Shown here in pieces: positions 57,401 through 64,000 of a DNA stretch of 64,000 nt. Every line of letters starts with the position of its first letter. Position 1 is the first letter of the stretch. The notes beneath the pieces were generated by a model. It made no database searches. It was given only the letters and a program-made list of their open reading frames with translations, and had not been told where the DNA came from. Source of the DNA: Eledone cirrhosa (Eukaryota); assembly GCA_964016885.1 (NCBI GenBank), contig OZ024744.1, positions 10,664,001 to 10,728,000 on the forward strand, written 5' to 3'. The translations under genes and the position numbers were made by a program.

Positions 57401-59770
57401 TGTTGTGTTGTTGTTCTCCAATATGTCGTGTTGTTATACTCCAATATGTTATGATGTTGTACTGCAATATATTGTGTTGTTGTACTCCAATATGTCTTGT
57501 TATAGTCCAATATATCGTGTTGTTGTACTCCAATATGTCATGTTGTTGTACTCCAATATTTCGTGTTGTTGTACACCAATATGTCGTGTTGATTATACTA
57601 CAATTTTTGTTGCTGTTGTACTCCAATATGTTGTGTTGTTGTACTCTAATATGTTGTGTTGTTATTCTCCAATATGTTGTGCTGTTGTACTCCAATATGT
57701 TGTATTGTTGTTCTCCAATATGTCATGTTATACTCCAATAAGTTGTGTTCTTGTACTCCAATATGTTGTGTTGTTGTACTCCAATATGTTGTGTTGTTGT
57801 ACTCCAATATGTTGTGTTGTTGTACTCCAATATATCATGTTGTCGTACTCCAATGTGTCATGTTATACTCTAATATGTCGTTGTTATACTCCAATATGTC
57901 ATGATGTTGTACTCCAATATGTCGTGTTCTTGTACTCCAATATGCCGTGTTGTCGTACTCCAATATTTTGTGTTGTTGTACTCCAATATGTTGTGCTGTT
58001 GTACTCCAATATGTTGTGTTGTTGTACTTCAATATGTTGTGTTGTTATACTCCAATATGTTGTGCTGTTGTACTCCAATATTTCGTGTTGTTGTACTCCA
58101 ATACGTCATGTTGTACTCCAATATGTTGTGTTGTTATACTCCAATATGTTATGTTGTTGTACTCCAATATGTCTTGTTGTTGTACTCCAATATGTTTTGA
58201 TGTTGTACTCCAATATGTTGTGTTGTTGTACTCCAATATGATGTGATGTTGTACTCCAATGCGTTGTGTTGTTGTACTCCAATGTGATGTGTTGTTGTAC
58301 TCCAATATGTTGTGTTGTTATACTCCAATGTGTTGTGTTGTTATACTCCAATATGTTGTGTTGTTGTAGCCCAATATGTTGTGTTGTTGTACTCCAATGT
58401 GATATGTTGTTATACTCCAATATGTTGTGCTGTTGTACTCCAATTTTTTTTGTTTTTTGTACTCCAATATGTTGTGTTGTTATACTCCAATATGTTGTGT
58501 TGTTATACTCCAATATGTTGTGCTGTTGTACTCCAAATCTCGTGTTGTTATACTCCAATATGGTGTGTTCGTGTACTCCAATATGTTGTGTTATTGTACT
58601 CCAATATGTTGCGTTGTTGTACTCCAATATGTTGTGTTGTTATACTCCAATATGTCGTGTGGCTGTACTCCAATATTTCGTGTTGTTGTACCCCAATATG
58701 TAGTGTTGTTTATACTCCAATATGTTTTGCTGTTGTACTCCAATATGTTGTGTTGCTGTACTCCTATATGTTGCGTTGTTATTCTCCAATATGTTGTGCT
58801 GTTGTACTCCAATGTGTTGTGTTGTTATACTCCAATATGTTGTGTTGATTTACTCCAATATGTTGTGTTGTTGTACTCCAATCTGTTGTGTTGTTATACT
58901 CCAATGTGTTGTGTTGTTATACTCCAATATGTTGTGTTGTTGTAGCCCAATATGTTGTGTTGTTGTACTCCAATATGTTGTGTTGTCGTACTCCAATATG
59001 TCCTGTTGTTGTACTCCAATATGTTGTGTTGTTATACTCCAATATTTCATGTGGTTGTACTCCAATATGTTGTCTTGCTGTACTCCAATCTGTTGTATTG
59101 TTGTACTCCAATATGTTCTGTTGTTGTACTCCAATATATTGTATTGTTGTACTCCAGTATGTTGTGTTGTTGTACTCCAATATGCTGTGTTGTTGTACTC
59201 CAATATGTTGTGTTGTTGTACTCCAATATGTTGTGTTGTTGTACTCCAATATCTTGTGTTGTTGTACTCCAATATGTTGTGTTGTTGTACTCCAATATGT
59301 TGTGTTGTGGTACTCCAATATGGTGTGTTGTTGAACTCCAATATGTTGTATTGTTTTTCTCCAATATGTCATGTTATACTCCAATATGTTGTGTTCGTGT
59401 ACTCCAATATGTCATGTTGTTGTACTCCAGTATGTCTTGTTATACTCCAATATGTCGTGTTGCTGTACTCCAATATGTCATGCTGTTGTACTCCAATATT
59501 TCGTGTCGTTGTACTCCAATATGTCGTGCTTTTGTACTCCAATATGTTTTGCTGTTGTACTCCACTGTGTTGTGTTGTTGAACTGCAATATGTTGTGTTG
59601 TTGTTCTCCAATATTTTGTGATGTTGTACTCCAATGTGTTGTGTTGTTATACTCCAATATGTTGTGTTGTGATACTCCAATGTGTTGTGTTGTTGTACTC
59701 CAATATGTTGTGTTGTTATACTCCAATGTGGTGTGCTGTTGTAATCCAATAGGTTGTGTTGTACTCCAAT
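54500..59770. repeat. Second copy of the 41930-46920 block, with ~300 bp extra at ~58441-58740
   Basis: The same private variants recur at +12566, and at +12866 after ~58740. Confidence 0.9.
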
Positions 59771-59884
59771 ATGTTGTGCTGTTGTACTCCAATATTTCGT
59801 GTTGTTGCACTCCAATACGTCGTGTTGTTGTACTCCAATATGTTTTGATGTTGTACTCCAATATGTTGTGTTGTTGTACTCCAA

Positions 59885-62800
59885 TATGTTTTGATGTTAT
59901 ACTCCAATATGTTGTGTTGTTGTACTCCAATATGTTGTGTAGTCGTACTCCAATATGTTGTGTTGTTGTACTCCAATATGCTGTGATGTTGTACTCCAAT
60001 ATGATGTGATGTTGTACTCCAATGCGTTGTATTGTTGTACTCCAATGTGATGTGTTGTTGTACTCCAATATGTTGTGCCGTTGTACTCCAATATTTTTTA
60101 TTTTTGTACTCCAATATGTTGTGTTGTTATACTCCAATATGTTGTGTTGTTATACTCCAATATGTTGTGCTGTTGTACTCCAAATCTCGTGTTGTTATAC
60201 TCCAATGTGTTGTGTTGTTATACTCCAATATGGTGTGTTGTTGTACTCCAATATGTTGTATTGTTTTTTTCCAATATGTCATGTTATACTCCAATATGTT
60301 GTGTTCGTGTACTCCAATATGTTGTGTTATTGTACTCCAATATGTTGCGTTGTTGTACTCCAATATGTTGTGTTGTTATACTCCAATATGTTGTGTTGTT
60401 GTACTCCAATATGTTGTCTTGTTGTACTCCAAAAGGCCATGTTATCGTACTCCAATATGTCTTGTTATACTCCAATATGTCGTGTGGCTGTACTCCAATA
60501 TGTCATGTTGTTGTACTCCAATATGTCTTGTTATAGTCCAATATGTCGTGTTGTTGTACTCCAATATGTCATGTAGTTGTATTCCAATATTTCGTGTTGT
60601 TGTACCCCAATATGTCGTGTTGTTTATACTCCAATATGTTTTGCTGTTCTACTCCAATATGTTGTGTTGCTGTACTCCAATATGTTGTGTTGTTATTCTC
60701 CAATATGTTGTGCTGTTGTACTCCAATGTGTTATGTTGTTATACTCCAATATGTTGTGCTGTGCTACTCCAATATATTGTGTTGTTGTACTCCAATGTGT
60801 TGTGTTGTTATACTCCAATATGTTGTGTTGATTTACTCCAATATGTTGTGTTGTTGTACTCCAATCTGTTGTGTTGTTATACTCCAATATGTTGTGTTGT
60901 TATACTCCAATATGTTGTGTTGTTTTACTACAATATGTTGTGTTGTTGTACTCCAATATGTTGTGTTGTTGTACTCCAATATGTTGTGTTGTTGTAATCC
61001 AATATCTTGTGTTGTTATACTCCAATATGTTGTGTTGTTGTACTCCAATATGTTGTGTTGTTATACTCCAATATGTTGTATTGTGATACTCCAATATGTT
61101 GTGCTGTTGTACTCCAATATGTTGTGTTGTTATACTCCAATATGTTGTGTTATTTTACTCCAATATGTTGTGTTGTTGTACTCCAATATGTTGTATTGTT
61201 GTTCTCCAATATGTCATGTTATACTCCAATAAGTTGTGTTCTTGTACTCCAATATGTTGTGTTGTTGTACTCTAATATATCATGTTGTCGTACTCTAATA
61301 TGTCATGTTATACTCCAATATGTCGTTGTTGTACTCCAATATGTCGTATTGTTGTACTCCAATATGTTTTGATGTTGCACTCCAATATGTTGTGTTGTTG
61401 TACTCCAATATGTTGTGTGGTCGTACTCCAATATGTTGTATTGTTATACTCCAATATGTTGTGCTGTTGTACTCCAATATGTTCTGTTGTTGTACTCCAA
61501 TATATTGTGTTGCTGTACTCCAATATGTCGTGTTGTTGTACTCCAATATGTTGTGTTGTTGTACTCCAATATGTTGTGTTGTTGTACTCCAATATGTTGT
61601 GTTGTTATATTCCAATATGTTATGTTGTTGTACTCCAATATGTCATGTTGTTGTACTCCAATATGTTTTGATGTTGTACTCCAATATGTTGTGTTGTTGT
61701 ACTCCAATATGTTTTGATGTTGTACTCCAATATGTTGTGTTGTTGTACTCCAATATGTTGTGTAGTCTTACTCCAATATGTTGTGTTGTTGTACTCCAAT
61801 ATGATGTGATGTTGTACTCCAATATGATGTGCTGTTGTACTCCAATGCGTTGTGTTGTTGTACTCCAATATGCTGTGTTGTTATACTCCAATATGTTGTG
61901 TTGTTATACTCCAATATGTTGTGTTGGTGTAATCCAATATCTTGTGTTATTTTACTCCAATATGTTGTGTTGTTGTACTCCAATATGTTGTGTTGTTGTA
62001 CTCCAATATGTTGTGTTGTTGTAATCCAATATCTTGTGTTGTTATACTCCAATATGTTGTGCTGTTGTACTCCAATATTTTGAGTTGTTATACTCCAATA
62101 TGTAGTGTTGTTATACTCCAATATGTTGTGTTGTTGTACTCCAATCTGTTGCGTTATACTCCAATATGTTGTGTTGTTATACTCCAATATGTTGTGTTGT
62201 TATACTCCAATATGTTGTGTTGTTTTACTCCAATATGTTGTATTGTTGATCTCCAATATGTCATATTATACTCCAATAAGTTGTGTTCTTGTACTCCAAT
62301 ATGTTTTGTTGTTGTACTCCAATATGTTGCTTTGTTGTACTCCAATATATCATGTTGTCGTACTGCAATATGTCATGTTATACTCCAATATGTTTTGATG
62401 CTGTACTCCAATATGTTGTGTTGTTGTACTACAATATGTTGTGTTGTTGTACTCCAATATGTTGTGTTGTTATACTCCAATATGTTGTGCTGTTGTACTC
62501 CAATATGTTGTGTTGTTATACTCCAATATGTAGTGTTGTTATACTCCAATATGTTGTGTTGTTGTACTCCAATCTGTTGTGTTGTTATACTCCAATATAT
62601 TGTGTTGTTATACTCCAATATGTTGTGTTGTTTAACTCCAATATGTTGTGTTGTTGTACTCCAATATGTTGTATTGTTGTTCTCCAATATGTCATGTTAT
62701 ACTCCAATAAGTTGTGTCCTTGTACTCCAATATGTTGTGTTGTTGTACTCCAATATGTTGTGTTGTTGTACTCCAATATGTTGTGTTGTTGTACTCCAAT

Positions 62801-64000
62801 ATATCATGTTGTCGTACTCCAATATGTCATGATGTTGTACTCCAATATGTCATGATGTTGTACTCCAATATGTCGTGTTCTTGTACTCCAATATGTCGTG
62901 TTGTCGTACTGCAATATGTTGTGTTGTTGTACTCCAATATGTTGTGCTGTTGTACTCCAATATGTTGTGCTGTTGTACTCCAATATGTTGTGTTGTTATA
63001 CTCCAATATGTTGTGCTGTTGTACTCCAATACGTCGTGTTGTACTCCAATATGTTGTGTTGTTATACTCCAATATGTTATGTTGTTGTACTCCAATATGT
63101 CTTGTTGTTGTACTCCAATATGTTTTGATGTTGTACCCCAATATGTTGTGTTGTTGTACTCCAATATGTTTTGATGTTGTACTCCAATATGTTGTGTTGT
63201 TGTACTCCAATATGTTTTGATGTTGTACTCCAATATGTTGTGTTGTTATAGTCCAATATGTCGTGTTGTTGTACTCCAATATGTTATGTAGTAGTATTCC
63301 AATATTTCGTGTTGTTGTACCCCAATATGTCTTGTTGTTTATACTCCAATATGTCTTGCTGTTGTACTCCAATATGTTGTGTTGCTGTACTCCAATATGT
63401 TGTGTTGTTATTCTCCAATATGTTGTGCTGTTGTACTCCAATGTGTTATGTTGTTATACTCCAATATCTTGTGCTGTGCTACTCCAATATATTGTGTTGT
63501 TGTACTCCAATGTGTTGTGTTGTTATACTCCAATATGTTGTGTTGACTTACTCCAATATGTTGTGTTGTTGTACTCCAATCTGTTGTGTTGTTATACTCC
63601 AATATGTTGTGTTGTTATACTCCAATATGTTGTGTTGTTTTACTCCAATATGTTGTGTTGTTGTACTCCAATATGTTGTGTTGTTGTACTCCAATATGTT
63701 GTGTTGTTGTAATCCAATATCTTGTGTTGTTATACTCCAATATGTTGTGCTGTTGTACTCCAATATGTTGTGTTATACTCCAATATGTTGTGTTGTTTTA
63801 CTCCAATATGTTGTTGTTGTACTCCAATATGTTGTATTGTTGTTCTCCAATATGTCATGTTATACTCCAATAAGTTGTGTTCTTGTACTCCAATATGTTG
63901 TGTTGTTGTACTCCAATATATCATGTTGTCATACTCCAATATGTCATGTTATACTCCAATATGTCGTTGGTATACTCCAATATGTCATGTTGTACTCCAA
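59885..64000. repeat. Second copy of the 27890-32006 block, truncated by the window end
   Basis: Matching ORF translations at +31994/+31971. One monomer is lost near 61330 and one is gained near 62830. Confidence 0.9.

Larger units (their letters stand above)
2990..63260. repeat. Irregular higher-order repeat, mostly ~2-3.3 kb, about 22 copies
   Basis: Marker TTATAGTCC occurs at ~2998, 5855, 8769, 13419, 15833, 17496, 20729, 23674, 26126, 28540, 31255, 33723, 36903, 39600, 42880, 44937, 47031, 52900, 55446, 57503, 60534 and 63249. Most copies sit in the same ordered series of variants: poly-T monomer, CCAAATCTCG, GTTCGTGTAC, GTGGCTGTAC, TAGTCC, TACCCC, GTTTATAC, TTATTCTCC, TTGATTTAC. Confidence 0.85.
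1..64000. repeat. Satellite DNA array, 23-bp monomer TACTCCAATATGTTGTGTTGTTG, head-to-tail, running off both window ends
   Basis: CTCCAAT recurs every ~23 bp from the first line to the last, always on the + strand. Common variants are TTATAC for TTGTAC; GTCGTG and GTCATG for GTTGTG; TTTTGATG; GTGCTG; and 20-bp monomers lacking one GTT. No non-repeat interval was seen. Confidence 0.99.

Noticed and set aside
11-63939. Hundreds of ORFs encoding Cys/Val/Leu-rich or Thr/Asn/Gln-rich peptides
   Set aside because: They overlap in all six frames, all encode the same permuted 23-aa repeat, and follow directly from a stop-free 23-mer. There is no unique domain or gene structure.
1-64000. CRISPR-like array (constant TACTCCAATATG plus a variable segment)
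   Set aside because: The variable part is ~11 bp of point variants of a single consensus, not unique spacers. The core also mutates, and there is no leader or cas gene.
1-64000. Telomerase-made repeat (some Candida species have 23-bp TG-rich units)
   Set aside because: The consensus has no GG run, the array is far longer than yeast telomeres, and variants are inherited in multi-kb duplicated blocks, implying recombination rather than templated synthesis. A subtelomeric location is not excluded.
1-64000. CCAAT boxes in every monomer as promoter elements
   Set aside because: The flanks (CTCCAATAT) do not fit the NF-Y preference for purines before CCAAT, and there is no gene to regulate.
1-64000. 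Fungal RIP signature (TG>TA, CA>TA variants)
   Set aside because: Every consensus G follows T, so any G>A looks RIP-like. C>T also occurs at CpC (TACTTC), and most TpG/CpA sites remain intact.
1-64000. Variable-cassette, diversity-generating or information-encoding system in the variant order
   Set aside because: Variant order is explained by nested duplication and deletion. No recombinase, reverse transcriptase, expression site or inverted segment is present.

Overview
The whole 64 kb window is one uninterrupted, single-orientation tandem array of a 23-bp monomer, consensus TACTCCAATATGTTGTGTTGTTG (8/23 GC; the + strand is 16/23 G+T). At 23 bp per unit this is about 2,800 monomers. I see no unique sequence, gene, RNA gene, transposon or CRISPR spacer. 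The ORF track is an artefact: the consensus has no stop codon in any of the six frames, so it reads as repeating 23-aa peptides. The real information lies in diagnostic variant monomers, which reveal nested organisation. The levels are 46-273 bp local duplications, an irregular ~2-3.3 kb higher-order unit in at least three subfamilies, ~10-11 kb blocks, and near-identical copies 12.6 kb and 32 kb apart. Paralogous differences include repeated CpG>CpA/TpG changes, which suggests a methylated eukaryotic satellite (inference). I do not recognise the family or organism, and I find no support for a novel gene-based system. Block boundaries were read by eye from marker variants and ORF-track offsets and are approximate.
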